From: Centroscyllium fabricii
Taxonomy: Eukaryota
Length of the DNA: 64,000 bases
Direction of reading: 5' to 3'
Assembly: GCA_051313645.2 (NCBI GenBank)
Contig: JBNRSN020000001.1
Location: 228,594,001 to 228,658,000 of the forward strand
Below the pieces are notes generated by a model. The model did not search any database. It had not been told where the DNA came from and saw nothing but the letters and a program-made list of their open reading frames with translations. Shown here one piece after another: positions 25,071 to 38,962 of the stretch; within the stretch, counting starts at the first letter, position 1; every line of letters starts with the position of its first letter. A program made the translations under genes and the position numbers.

Positions 25071-25800
25071 CTGATGAAAGGTGTGTGAAGTGGAGACATC
25101 CTGTTAGAATTAACTGGTTTAAATCATTTGTTTTCTTTTAAATGGGTTAATGCCATACATGACAGTAATCCTGTCAGTATAATAAGCTGCATGAGTGAAG
25201 TTTTTAACTGACATTTAAAACTTCAGAATTTTTTATTATGATGTGTAATGTGAATTTGGAACATTTTCCCCATTTTCAGACCTTTTTGGGCAATAGTGGC
25301 TATAAGCGCTTTGCCTTTGTACTTGCTCAGTTGACATATGATGATGCCCACACTGAAGGCTTAACAACTTATATATAACTTTGTTGAGTAAAATCTACAA
25401 TTGTTTGACAAATAAAACTAACAGTAAACAATACAAGTATTTTGTAAGGCAATCAGCAGTCTTGCACTTAAAGATCTTTCATAAAAGATGGCCTTAGGTA
25501 CACCTGAATTGCAAAACTCTCAGTTAGATGCAAGAGATATGATCAGTTCTTATCATTGTAATAGGAGCATTCCACTGTGGAACAGGATCACAAGGTATTT
25601 CAATCCACAAATTTGATTATCAATAAATTTATGAGGACTGATTTTCCACATTTATGCTGGTGTTTTCAGCCTCACCTGCCAGCAGTGCAAATCAGGACAT
25701 TGTGAGTGTGCTGCCCATGATTTTATGTCCATTTAAAATGATTGGATGGAAAACCATGAGCAATGTTCCTGCAATTTTCTGATATGTGCTGCCAGTGCGC

Positions 25801-26064
25801 AAACACAGAAACACAGAAGATAGGAGCAGGAGTAGGCCATTCGGCCCTTCAAGCCTGCGCTGCCATTTTGATGAGATCATGGCTGATCATCCAAACCCAG
25901 CATCCCCTCCTACCCTCTCCCCATATCCCCCGACACCCCCAACTCTAAGTCCTATATCTCACACACATACTCATGGGCAATTTTTTTTTAGTATCTCCAA
26001 CTCACCTAACCTGCATGTCTTTGGGTGGTGGGAGGACACTGGAGTGCCCGGAGGAAACCCACAC
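25801..26064 (-). mobile_element. HE1-type V-SINE, partial
   Basis: CR1-shared tail plus part of the V core. Confidence 0.75.
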
Positions 26065-26783
26065 GAAAAGCTGTTACTGAGCAGTGCAAAGTCAAGCAAT
26101 TACCCCTGTGGTCTTAACTGCTTTACTGTTCTGGCTACAGGAAAATGGAAAGGAATGAGCAGTATGTAGCTATTACAGGAAGGGAGTAAGGAAGTGGGGG
26201 AGTGTGAGAATGTGGATTATCTATCTATCTATCTTCAACATATCTTAGGTCTGCGCATACATCCTGTCTGCACAATTTGACTTCCTGTTGACAAGTTTTT
26301 GTCACATTTTGTGTGAACCTTTTCTTATTTCCTACATCCATATTTGTAATAGGTTTTGCCTATGTAAGCTCATTACTCTGCGTTATCTGGCTACCAAATT
26401 CCCACAAGTAACTCGAAATGCTTTCTGAAAATCTGTTTTTTTTTCAATTACTGAAATTTCTAAAATCCAAATAAGGGTTTAAACAAAATTATATATTTCA
26501 CAATAACATTAAAAAATGCATCCATTGACCTGCCTTTTAATACTTTCATGAAAGTTTTCACTTGAAAGCCTCAGAATCTTCCAAAAGCTTGGACTTGATA
26601 TTTTTGGCCAGAACTGTGACTGAGCTGGATCTGGATTGTGCATCTGCAGTGCAGCTAATTTCCCAGAATTAGTACTATTCAGTCAGTTGTACTGAAACTC
26701 ACTGCTAACCATATTTGAACAGTTTAAGTTGTCAAAAAGCAAACCAGGTAGGATGTTGGGTTAAATTGCTAGCTGAGGGGAGT

Positions 26784-26914
26784 TAGAAACACAGAAACAT
26801 AGAAGATAGGAGCAGGAGTAGGCCATTCGGCCCTTCGAGCCTGCTCCGCCATTCAATGAGATCATGGCTGATCATCCAAACCCAGTACCCTGTCCCTGCC
26901 TTCTCCCCATATCC
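26784..26914 (-). mobile_element. SINE/CR1 3' tail fragment
   Basis: Same 3' sequence as 6570-6687. Confidence 0.75.
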
Positions 26915-27384
26915 CGAGTTCAAATCCCCAGAGGTCATGCAGAGGCGATACCCTGCCCTAGTCCGGCTCACCTCCAGTACTTTGGCATGATGTAAGGTGG
27001 CCATCCAGGCCTAAAAGGCAGCCCAGAGAAAAACAATGAGGCTAATTCCCGGTGTCCGAAGGAAAAGCTATGACTTAATAAGCTAGAACTATTTAGCTCT
27101 TGAATAAAGATGCCAAAGAGCGGCCCTCATATTTTGTTTTGAATTGCTGGGTGTGTGACACATGTGGAAACCCACCATCAGTTTTTAATAGTCTTCAAAA
27201 CAAGCTGCTGAGAATTTTCCGATTTGGAACATGCACTGCTCATTGGGACAATTCTACTCACCAGAGCACTCTGGAGATCCCGCGCAGGTCATGCATCGGC
27301 TTTTATATGAGAAAAATCGCGTATGCGCGAACATTTAAACGGGCCGTGCAACCAGTTAAAGGGCCCGTGCACCGAAAAAAAAAT

Positions 27385-27770
27385 GAGGGAACATTGCCCC
27401 AACACTTGCAATTTAAAATATGCATCCTTGTGTTTAAATCCCTTCATGGCCTTCCATTTCTCTCTAACCTCCTCCAGCCCTGTAACCCCCAAGAACTCTA
27501 CGTTCCTCTGGCTCTCATCTCTTGTGCATATTCCCCTCCTTCCACTTTATCATTGGCATCCAGGCCCTACCTACGCTCTGGAATTCCCCCCCCAAAATTT
27601 CTCCACCTCCCTCCCTCTAAGACCCTCTGTAAAACTTACCTCATTGACCAAACTTCTACTCGCCCTTCCTAATATATTTTTCTTCTTTGGCTCAGTATCT
27701 ATTTTAGTCTAATTACATCTCTGTGAATTGCCTTGGGACATTTTTCTACTTTAAATCTGTAACGTGTTGT
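27385..27770 (+). mobile_element. L2-type LINE 3' fragment, old
   Basis: QFKICILVFKSLHGL motif. Confidence 0.55.
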
Positions 27771-28207
27771 AGTAGTTGTAAAGTTAGCCTAAGAATGATG
27801 GGAGTCAACAATTGGGACAGATGCCCTTTGTATTTTCATATTAATACCTGCCAGATCCTCTCTTGAACCGTGGAAGCTGCACTTGGGAGCACCCACCATC
27901 ATATCTCGCTGGTTAACCCAAAGATATCTTGTAATGACCTTGTGACTGCCTTTCTGCTAACAGTGTAAAAGTATCATACCAAAGAAATCAGAGCACAGCA
28001 AGAGGCTATTATTTTGCTGACTCTTCAACTAATGCTGTGTAATCTAACTTCCCTACCCATCCAATTTCATTTGGCAGGTTAGTGTTGGATTGCAGTAAAT
28101 CTAATCGATTTAAATGTTTTTTAAGTGATGATTTTACAATTTCATACTAGCAATTATGGAGTACCTGTAGTAACTTTTTTATTTTAATAATTTATGTGTT
28201 ATTGCAG

Positions 28208-28361
28208 CCATACCACAAAGTCGGTGATGGATTTTGTGAACAGCAATGAGAACATTATTTTTGTGCACAATACAATTCACCTCATTTCCCAGATGGTAGA
28301 CAACATCATCATTGCTTGCGGTGGAATTTTGCCTTTGTTATCAGCAGCCACATCCCCTTCT
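28208..28361 (+). CDS. NBEA: Neurobeachin coding exon ([15 protein letters not shown]...LLSAATSPS)
   Basis: attgcag acceptor and TCT|gtaagt donor; phase 2-0. Confidence 0.96.
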
Positions 28362-28534
28362 GTAAGTATGAAGCATTATACCATCTAATGTCAATGACCA
28401 GAATTTAAATCAATAATATCCATAAATTATTGTATTAAACTAATATAATTAAAGTAAAACATTTCTGTCATTTTTTTTGTTAATTATTTCAGTAATTGCA
28501 AACTAACCATTAATTTAACCATTACTCAACACAA

Positions 28535-30008
28535 AAAGCATACCAAAAATAGTGGGGAACCAAGGGTCTAATGAGGGTGAGGAACTTAACGTAATTAATA
28601 CAGTATAAGTAGAGAAAAAGTGCTGGAGACACTTCTAGGACTAAAAACCGACAAATCCCCTGGACCTGACAGCCTATATCCTAGGGTTCTAAAAGAGGTG
28701 GCTGAAGAGAAAGCGGATGCATTGGTTTTGATCTTCCAAAATTCCCTAGATTCTGGAGAGGTCCCAGCAGATTGGAAGGTCGCAAATGTAACACCGCTAT
28801 TCAAGAAAGGAGGGAGATAAAAAACAGGGAACTACAGGCCAGGTAGCCTGACATCAAGTCGTCGGGAAAATGCTGGAACTCATTGTTAAGGAAGTGGTAT
28901 CAAGTCACTTAGAAAATCATAACATGATTAGGCAGAGTCAACATGGTTTTATGAAAGGGAAATCGTGTTTGACAAATCTATTAGCGCTTTTTGAGGATGT
29001 AACTAGCAGGGCAGATAAAGAGGAACCAGTGGCCAGTGGATGTAGTATATTTGAATTTCCAAAAGGCATTCGATAAAGTGCCACATAAAATATTATTTCC
29101 CAAGATTAGGGCTCATGGGGTTGGGGGTAATATAATAGCATGGATAGAGGATTGGTTAACGGATGGAAAACAGAGAGTAGTGATAAACGGATATTTTTTA
29201 GGTTGGCAGGCTGTAACTAGTGGGGTGCTGCAAGGATCAGTGTTGGGGCCTTAGCTATTTACAATCTATATCAATGACCTAGATGAAGGGACAGAGTGTA
29301 ATGTATCCAAGTTTGCTGATGATACAAAGCTAGGTGGGACAGTAAGCTGTGGGGAGAACACAAAGAATCTGCAAAGGGATATAGATAAACTAAGTGAGTG
29401 GGCAGTAAGGTCGCAGATGAAGTATAATGTAGGGAAATGTGAGTTTATTCACTTTGGTAGGAAGAATAGAAAAACAATATTTTTTAAATGGTGAGAAACT
29501 TTCAAATGTTGGTGTTCAGAGAGATTTGGGTGTCCTCGTGCAAGAAACACAGAAAGCTAGCATGCAGGTACAGCAAGCAATAAGGAAGGCAAATGGCATG
29601 TTGGCCTTTATTACAAGGGGTTTGGAGTATAAGAGTAAGGAAGTCTTGCTACAATTGTACAGGGCCTTGGTGAGACCACACCTGGAGCACTGTGCACAAT
29701 TCTGGTCTCCTTATCTAAGGAAGGATATACTTGCCTTGGAGGCGGTGCAATGAAGGTTCACTAGATTGATTCCTGGGATGAGAAGGCTGTTCAATGATGA
29801 GAGATTGTGTAGAATCGGCCTATACTCTCTGGAGTTTAGAAGAATGAGAGGTGATCTGATCAAAACATACAAAATTCTGAAGGGGATTGACAGGGTCGAT
29901 GCTGAGAGGTTGTTTCCCCTGACTGGAGTGTCTAGAGCTAGGGGGCATTGTCTCAGGATAAGGGGTAGACCATTTAAGACTGAGATGAGGAGGAATTTCT
30001 TCACTCAG
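28535..30008 (+). mobile_element. CR1 LINE RT fragment, degenerate
   Basis: Broken ORFs carrying KSPGPD, QHGFMKGKSCLTNL and GSVLGP. Confidence 0.9.
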
Positions 30009-31122
30009 CAGGGGGGTACTGCTGTTGCTTAAAGGAGCACTGGCACTTTCTTCGCTTTGCAGGTGCTGGATTTGGGTATTGTTTTTGCTGGCACATTAGA
30101 GACACCGGAAGAGAGTGCAAGGGCCCTGAGAGGGCTGTTCCCTTTGCAGAGAGAGATCCATGGAGATAACTTTGCAAGAGACAAAACAAAGTGGGGTTGC
30201 TATATTTAGTTTGAAGGAGCACCCCCCTCAGAAGGCAGCTGCCCTGTTTGTGGGAAGATGTGGTGGAACAGGTGAACACAGCTTTTGTGGTGAAGATGTC
30301 CTCAGCTTAGTTGGAGAAGAAATTTAATGCATTGTAGAAGTTTGCCATGGTAGGTGTCTGCTGAATGTGCCTGTCTCTGGTGCGGTGCTATGGTATGGCA
30401 GCTATACATACTTTCACTTCAACCCTTTACATCCTTATATTGGATGTATGATCACTTGGGAAGCCTATCACCTTTCTCAAACAATCACATATTCATGCAC
30501 GACACAGCTTCCAAATTTCAAGAATATCTTGCAATAGCGTTGCTAAATTTAATTTTAAAAAACAAGCGGGGTCAAAAGAGTTTCAAACTATAGCCACTTG
30601 CACACTACATCTTGTTTTGGGTGGCAGAATGGCCAATTGCATGGCAATGGCAGATCTGATGAAACAGTTAGCACTTCATGAATTTGTTGATTGCAGGAAA
30701 AGAAAGCCCACAACAAGAGGGAGAGGTGAGAATCTGCTGATTGCCTCTCCAACTTGATGCCCCTAACCTGTCTGGAGGAAATGACCCTCCAGATTGTGGA
30801 TCTAAAGCACACTTTGAAGAGGGTTCTGCAGATATATATACAATTATATCTATTAGCTCTCTTTTTGATAAATCAGGATTTACCTCCTCCCCAATATCCT
30901 TTTTTTGTTGTTGCAAATATTGGAGTAAAATTCTTGTTAAGTATTTCTGCCAGTTTCTGTTTCTTCACTACTAACTCAATGTCTTCTCCACTCAGGGATT
31001 CCAGCTCACATTAAACAATTCCCTGATATGTTTGAAGAATACTCTGCTGTTCTTTTTAATATTTTTTGAGATTAGTGTACTGTTTTTAATATTTTGAGAT
31101 TCTTTCCTCATGCTCCCTACTT

Positions 31123-32396
31123 ACATAGAACATAGAACATACAGCACTGTACAGGCCCTTGGGCCCTCAATGTAGTGCCGCGCTTAGTCCGTCTCTGATT
31201 TTTCCTGTCCCCCCTACTCTTCCTTCCCCTCCATGTACCTATCTATCATCCTTTTAAAAGCACCCAGACTGTCCACATCCACTATTTCAGATGGTAGCCT
31301 ATTCCACTCCCCGACCACTCTCTGTGTAAAGAACTTGCCCCTGCCATCCCTTCTGAATCTTCCTCCTTGAATCTTGTGCTCGTGCCCTCTTGTCGTTCTT
31401 CCCACCCGGGGAAACAGTCTCTGCACGTTTACTCTATCGATCCCCTTCATCATCTTAAACATCTCTATTAAGTCCCCCCTCTTCCTTCTCCGCTCCAGGG
31501 AGAAGAGTCCCAGCTCCCTCAACCTCTCCTCGTACGACTTTCCCCCCATTCCCGGCAGCATCCTGGTGAATCTCCTCTGTACCCTCTCCAACGCCTCCAC
31601 ATCCCTCCTGTAGTACGGTGCCCAGAACTGCACACAGTACTCCAAGTGTGGTCTCACCAGTGCCCTGTACAGCTGTAGCATGACCTCCCGGTTCTTAAAC
31701 TCTATTCCCCTGTTGATGAAGGCCAATACACCATAGGCCTTTTTTACTGCCTTGTCCACCTGGGTGGCAGCCTTCAATGATCTGTGTACATATACTCCCA
31801 GATCCCTTTGCTCCTCTGCTTCGCTCAGGACCCTGCCGTTGACCCTATATTCCCTCTTCCTATTTGCCCTACCGAAGTGCATCACCTCGCATTTCCCCGT
31901 GTTGAACTCCATTTGCCATTCTTCAGCCCAGCTCTGCATCCTATCTATATCCCTCTGAATCTTTCTACTTCCTTCCTCCTCATCCATTACTCCCCCAATC
32001 TTTGTGTCATCTGCAAATTTGCTGACCCACCCCTCAGTCCCCTCCTCCAAGTCATTGATAAAGATTACAAATAGTAGTGGCCCCAACACCGACCCCTGTG
32101 GCACCCCACTGGTGACCGGTCTCCAACCCGAGTATTGGCCCTCTACCACTACCCTCTGCTTCCTCTGAGCCAGCCAGTTCTCAATCCATCCCACTACTTC
32201 GTTGTTTACCCCGCAACTCCTTACTTTCTTCATGAGTCGACCGTACGGGACCTTGTCGAACGCCTTGCTGAAGTCCATATATATGACATCAACCGCCTTT
32301 CCCTCGTCCACACACTTGGTCACCTCTTCAAAGAATTCTATCAGGTTGGTCAGGCACGATTTGCCCTTAACGAATCCGTGCTGACTGCTCCTGATT
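31123..32396 (-). mobile_element. 5'-truncated young CR1 LINE with uninterrupted RT frame
   Basis: ORF 31214..32410 with GVPQGSVLGP and FADD; (TTCTATG)n tail. Confidence 0.93.
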
Positions 32397-33668
32397 AACT
32401 TCAACTTCATTTTGTTGCTTACCTCTTTATTTATTCACAGCATTCTCAAATTTGATGTAATTTCCTTTTTTAAAGGTTTATATTTATTCTGAAACTTGGC
32501 AAAAAATATCTACAGTCCTCTGTACCAATTTCTTTTGCCATTCACCTCAGCTAACTCACTCCACTTTCTAAAATCGACCCTATTCCAATCTGGTGCCCTT
32601 GTTTTTGTACTAGCTTTCCCTTTCTATTTGAACCTTAAACTCATTATATTATGAACATGTTGAGCTTAGTGAGGCGGGGCAGGGGGAAAATTAACTAAAG
32701 AGAGAGCGAGTGTTGGGTGTTCAGGGCCAATGTGAAGAGGGATGGGCAGAGGTTTGGGTCAGTGGGAACAGGGAGAAAGCAGCAGGGGCAGCTGAACAGA
32801 TGGTCTCTGTCTTCATGATGAGGGAATTTGTCAGCTTCTCACATTTGGAGGTGAGATTGGAGGGGGCAAGGATGAGGAGTTTAAGCAGTAGGTAATAGAG
32901 AAAGGGAGTCTGTGGTTATCTTTGTCCTCCAGGATCATTCTACAGTGGTGATAGTTTTGACAGAGGAGAGCAAGGTCCAGTAGAGCTTGATGTGGTCAAG
33001 CCAGATCTGGCAATGGATAGCTAAGCCAGTTACACATTAAAAAGGCTGATATTTATGCCTTTAGGATTTAAAAGAACTAAGATCAGGGCTTTACAAGGGG
33101 GAAATGACTAGGATGGGAGATAGTGAAGGTTTTGCTGGGGAGGAGGTTTGGATGAGGTAGTAGTTGAGCAAATTTACAGGTACAGTGGTAGATGAAGGGC
33201 CAAAATCTAGACAATTTGGAAGTTTGGCGTGCAGCTGTAAGCAAGTTGGGGGGCTAAGTTTTTTTTAGGAGTGGATGTAGGAGGGATTGCAAGTGAAGTT
33301 GGAAGAGGGTATGGGGATGTGGGTGATGAGGGATACAAGGAAGTGGTTAGAGGTAGCCTGCTGATCAAGATCATGGGTCTTGGGAGATGAGCCCCACTTT
33401 GACCTTGCTGTGAATGTGGATAGGGAAGTTTATATGGAGGGGAAGTGCACTTCTGTTCATCACTATTGTCCAGTCAGTGTTCAGAAATACCAATTACATC
33501 TAAATGCTCTATGGAAGCATATAGTTATAATTTCAGCATTTTATTTCTAATATTTACTTCCAGCATTAGCACGAAAATATGTCAAGGCGCATCCTAAGTA
33601 AACAGTCTTGACCCTTGTAATTTAAACTCTTTAAATTTTGGCTGTAACCATCAGATGCTCTGCCTCTT

Positions 33669-34061
33669 GGGCGGCACGGTGGCATAGTGGTTAGCACTGT
33701 TGCCTTACAGCACGAGAGACCCGGGTTCAAATCCAGTCTCGGGTACTATCTGTGTGGAGTTTGCACATTCTCCCCGTGTCTGCGTGGGTTTCCTCCGGGT
33801 GCTCCGGTTTCCTCCCACAGTCCAAAGATGTGCGGGTTAGGTTGATTGGCCATGATAAATTGACCCTTAGTGTTAGGGGGATTAAATATGTGGGGTTACG
33901 GGGATAGGGTGGGATATGTGTCGGTGTAGGCTCGAGAGGGATATGGGGAGAGTGCAGGGGCGGGGTGCTGGGTTTGGATGATCAGCCATGATCTCATTGA
34001 ATGGCGGAGCAGGCTCGAAGGGCCGAGTGGCCTACTCCTGCTCCTATGTCTATGTCTATGT
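33669..34061 (+). mobile_element. Full-length HE1-type V-SINE
   Basis: tRNA-like head with A/B boxes, V core (GTGTGGAGTTTGCACATTCTCCCCGTG...), and a 3' tail shared with CR1. Confidence 0.9.
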
Positions 34062-34218
34062 CATAAAGTCATAGAGTCATACAGCACAGAAAGAGGCCCT
34101 TCGGCCCATCACGTCCGCGCCGCCCATCCAAACCTAGTCTATTCTAATCCCACTTTCCTGCATTTGGACCGTAGCCTTGAATGTTGTAACCTTTCAAGTG
34201 TACATCCAAATGCTTTTT
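34062..34218 (-). mobile_element. CR1 3' end fragment, tail-to-tail with the SINE
   Basis: TCATAGAG tail and GGCCCTTCGGCCC 3'UTR motif. Confidence 0.7.
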
Positions 34219-34719
34219 GGACTGTCTCTTCAGTCCAAATGAAACTACAAAAATAATTAATTATGGTATTCCCGATCCCAACTAGTTTAAATACTTGGGC
34301 ATGGCACTTTCTCCATTCTGAGCTAGTGTTTTTAAGCCCTCAGCTGATGCACATGAACTCCATTCTTCCTGGAAAAAATTGCCGTATCCAAAAAATGACT
34401 CTCTTATCTACAAACACAAGGTTTTCTACTATCACCCTCGCTTTCCTGCTCGGTTCGAGCTGCGGCAGGTGGGCAGACGGAGCGAGCAATGACTGGCCGA
34501 GCACGGGCAGGGCGCAGCGCTCCATGACTCAAGCCAGTCATCAAAACCAGTATCCTGCTATCCCTTCTGAGGAACCTCAAATGATTGGCTGCAATCAAGA
34601 GACTACTAACCTAGTTTCTTAATCCTTACATTTCCTGGCAGTTCTCCTATAATGGCTCTTTAAGAGGACAAATTTCCAATCCAGTATGTAATTTATGCCA
34701 ATTACATAGGATTACATGC

Positions 34720-35117
34720 AACATAGAAACTAGGAGCAGGAGTAGGCCATTCGGCCCTTCGAGCCTGCTCCGCCATTCAACGAGATCATGGCTGATCATC
34801 CAAACCCAGTACCCCGCCCCTGCCCTCTCCCCGTATCCCTCGATCCCTATCGAGCCTGCATCGACACATATCCCACCCTATCCCCGTAACCCCACATATT
34901 CAATCGCCCTAACGCTAAGGGTCAATTTATCATGGCCAATCAACCTAACCCGCACATCTTTGGACTGTGGGAGGAAACCGGAGCACCCGGAGGAAACCCA
35001 CGCAGACACGGGGAGAATGTGCAAACTCCACACAGATAGTCACCCGAGGCTGGATTTGAACCTGGGTCTCCAGTGCTGTGAAACAACAGTGCTAACCACT
35101 ATGCCACCATGCCGCCC
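34720..35117 (-). mobile_element. Full-length HE1-type V-SINE
   Basis: Reverse complement of 33669-34061. Confidence 0.9.
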
Positions 35118-37210
35118 AGAAACAGGCCATTCGGCCCAACCAGTCTGCCGGTGTTTATGCTCCACTCAAACCTCCTCTCATCTTTCCTCATCTAACCCTT
35201 TCAGCATAATCCTCGATTCCCTCTCCCTCATATGCTTATCTAATCACCCCTTAAATGCATCTATACTATTCGCTTTAACCACTCCCTGTGGTAACAAGTT
35301 CCACATTCTCACCACTCTCTGGGTAAAGAAGTTTCTTCTGAATTCCCTATTTGATTTTTTGGTGACTATCTTATATTGATGGCCTTTAGTTTTGCTCTTC
35401 CCCACAAGTGGAAACACTCTCTATCTACTCTATCGAAACCTTCCATGCTTTTAAAGACCTATTGGGTCACCTCTTAGCCTTCTCTTTTCAAGAGAAAAGA
35501 GATCCAGCCTGTTTCCTGATAGGTGTACCCTCACATTTCTGGCATCATCCTTGTAAATCTTCTCTGCACCCTCTCCAGTGCCTCCACATCCTTTTTATAA
35601 TATGGTGACCAGAATTGCACACATTACTCCATGTGGTCTAACCAGGGTCCGATACAGGTTTAGCATGACTTCACTACTTTTCAATTCTATCCCTCTAGAA
35701 ATAAACCCTCGTGCTTGGTTTGCTTTTTTTATGGCCTTGTTAACCTGGGTCGATACTTTTTGTGATTTGTGTATTTTTACAACTAGATCTTTTTGTTCCT
35801 CTACCCCATTTAGATTCTTATTTTCCAAGTAATATGTGACCCCCTATTTTTCTTACCAAAATGTAATACCTCACATTTGTCTGTGTTGAATTTCATTTGC
35901 CAATTATATGCCCATTCTGCAAGTTTATTAATGGTGTCTTGTAATTTGTTGCAGTCCTCCTCAGTATTTGCTTGGGGCAATTTAGTGTTGTCTGCAAATT
36001 TAGAAATTGTGTTTTTGATTCCAAGGCCTAAATTGTCAATATAAATTGTGAACAACAGTTGTCCCAGCACTGATCCTTGTGGAACACCACTTCCCACCTT
36101 CTGCCACTCAGTAGCTACCTTTTACCCCTACTCTCTGCTTTCTGTCTTGAAGCCAGCCAGCTATCCATTATGCTACTTGTTCCCCGACTCCGCATTCCTT
36201 GACCTTATTCATTAGTCTATTATGTGGTACCTTATCGAAGGCCTTTTGCAAATCTAGATATATTACATCCACTGCATTACCCTTGTCTACTCTCTCTGTT
36301 ACAATGAGTTTGGTCAAGCAAGACTTCCCCTTTTGAAATCCACGCTGACTATTTATTATTTTTGTTGTTTCTAGATGTTCTTCTATTTTCTCCTTTAGTG
36401 GGGATTCCATTATTTTTCCTACCACGATTCACGATTCACGATTCAATGGGCTTTATTGGCATGAATGGTATCAACCGTTGTTGCCAAAGCAGTGCAACAT
36501 ACCACCAGTGTTAAGCTGACTGGCCTACAGGTCCCTGGATATGTTCTATCTCCCTTCTTAAATATAGGTATTATGTTAGCTATCCTCTGGCACTGCACCT
36601 TTTTCAAAGGCATTATTAAATATGTGTAGTAATGCCTCTGCTATTTCTTCCCTAGATTCTTTTAAAATGCGTGGATGTAATCAGTCCTGACCAGGGGTTT
36701 TATCCTCTGAGTTTCATTAGTTTATTTAGTATATGTCCTTGTTTTATTTTAAATGCAGTTAACTCATTACTAATCTCATCATCCAATGTCATCTCCACCT
36801 GTTCGGTCTTCCTGGTAAATACTGCAGCAAAGTAATTATTTAATATTTCTGCCGTCTCTCTATCGCTGCCTGTGGTATTATCATCTTGCTCCCTTAGTGG
36901 CCCTACTCCTTTTTAAAAAAAAATTGTGCATGTAAAATATTTTACTACAGGATATTTTGTTTTATGTTCCTTGATAATTTAATTTCATAGTTCCTCTTTA
37001 TTTTCCTAATTGTTTTTTTGACTTCTCTGCTAATCCCTTCATATTCTCCCTTATCATGCTCTCCCCTGCTGTCCATATACTTAATGAATGCTTCTTTCCT
37101 TACCCTCATTTTTTCCCGTATGGCTTTATTCGTCCACGGTACCTCATTAGTGTTTAGCTTGTTCTTGTTTATTGGCGGAATATATTTTTCCTGGACTCTG
37201 TTGAACATTT
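35118..37210 (-). mobile_element. CR1 LINE ORF2 fragment, degenerate
   Basis: Broken ORFs with GVPQGSVLG and ISKFADNTK; same subfamily as 55680-59441. Confidence 0.9.
36426..36499 (-). mobile_element. Tiny LINE 3' end inserted in CR1
   Basis: (GAATCGT)n tail with AATAAA on the minus strand; TACCAC duplicated on both sides. Confidence 0.65.
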
Positions 37211-37324
37211 ACTTCAAACCACCTATCCTACTATTCTATGTCATTCACCCAAACCCAAAAAGCATATAACTGCCCGAATGAATTATTTCTCTTTGCACAT
37301 CTTGACTGTTGACTAGCATAGAAT

Positions 37325-37800
37325 CAATGTATTATGGTAGCTTCCATGGTACCAGGAATCTGCCTACTTCATGTCCTTATGGTCACATATAACCTGAACA
37401 TTAATAGACTGGAATCCATTGCTTATTCATAAATGCCATAGCATCGGTGAAAGGACCACATGGGTTCCATTGATGACTTTTAGAAAGCCAGTTACAGTGC
37501 AAAAGTGAAGAGCCCCCTCTTGTTGGTTTGCTTTTCTTTGGAAAAATTATGATGCTGTTCATCAGGGCTAACAATTAATCAGTGACCTAATGAATGCAGC
37601 AATCCATTGCAGACAGGTTGATATAACAGATGTCACTCAAGCCAGCTTGAAAACAACCAGTAACAAAGACATTCAAAACAATAGTGACTTTTACTGCTAA
37701 AGGTAGAGCCATTCCTGTCATGGACAAAATTTGGAGGTTTGACTATAGGAGGCAGAAGACTTCTGAGACTCTTGAGTTCCTGGTAAAGTGCAAGTGGTGA
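37325..37800 (-). pseudogene. Ancient Harbinger transposase relic
   Basis: Minus strand reads ALPLAVKVTIVLNVFVTGCFQ and GFQSINVQVIC, matching LPVAIKVTTALKFFASGSF and GHHSLNVQLVC in 42284-43090. Confidence 0.7.
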
Positions 37801-38953
37801 AAACAGAGCTGTTTGTATATGCCCAGGTTAACTATATGTCATCTGTACACCCGCCTCCTTGGACAGGAGCAGTCTGCTCAGACCACCTCCAATACAGACA
37901 CATGTGCCTCCACTTATATCTGTAGAACTGCTCTTACTCCTCATCTACCTCACTGAGCACAAGAGGGATTCCCAGGTCAAGTACCCATTTTATGTAGCGG
38001 GAGCTGTTTTCATTGAGGGCACCTTCCTCGAATGATACGCGGTGATGGCGGGGGAAACGAGAAAAAATTAGCAATGAATTGCAAAAGGGCAGCAAAACCA
38101 AACAACTTAACTGTCACTTGCAAAATGGACATATATCTTCAAGAAACTATATTCTGAAGTCAGTTTGGAGTACACCTGTTTCTGTTTCAAGTGATGAGAT
38201 TGCATTTGGTTGCAACTACTGGAAAATGCAGGGGAGGAAAGCCTCACTTTAATTTGCAAACTTTTCAGACCTTTATTATAGCTTGAGTACTCCAGCAATG
38301 CACATTTCCTGAGCTACCAGTGCCACCCAGTTAGTAGGCATGTACTCTCCATCAAGCTTCCACCCCCCCCCCCCACGCCTGTTACACGCAACCATCACCA
38401 GTGCATTGGAGTAGAAAAATCTTCCTTATAATTCCTGTACATTTACCTCTGTTCTTTAACACAGTACCAGAAAGTGAATACTAATTATGTTAAATGTTTG
38501 TTTTTGTGCACAATTGCTTATTGATCTTTGTACTATTCCAGTAACACATGGCAGTGTTGAGCTTTCTGAGCAATGTTTAACAAATAAAAGATGCAAAGTA
38601 AAAATAATTTTTTTCCAGTCATCTCTTCAGTGTTTGAAATAATTCAAATTACTTTTGTCTTTTGGATGATTACCCATCAGAATGATTAATGGCAAAGTTT
38701 ACCATCTGTTTAGAAGTTCCTATGATAAATGTTAGTAAAGGAAAGGTATAACGATTTTAGAAATCCGTAATTCAATTATTAGATCCATAGCCCATATAGT
38801 TTCTCTTATTAATGATACTTAGTTGAGTTCTAAGGCTGAATTTAGTAGGTAAGAAATATGATTTTAAAATTTAATTGACGTTATTTTTCTTTCTCTTTAT
38901 TAATTCTTACCCTTTTCTTTTTGTGTTGTATTTTTTTCATATTACATGCCCAG

Positions 38954-38962
38954 GGTTCTAAG
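38954..38962 (+). CDS. NBEA: Neurobeachin 9-nt microexon (GGT TCT AAG = GSK)
   Basis: Long pyrimidine tract, catgcccag acceptor, gttagt donor; supplies the GSK between ATSP(S/T) and TELENIE recalled from mammalian NBEA. Confidence 0.88.

Noticed and set aside
33669-33745. tRNA gene
   Set aside because: It is the tRNA-derived head of a V-SINE; the same applies to the DeuSINE head at 15455.
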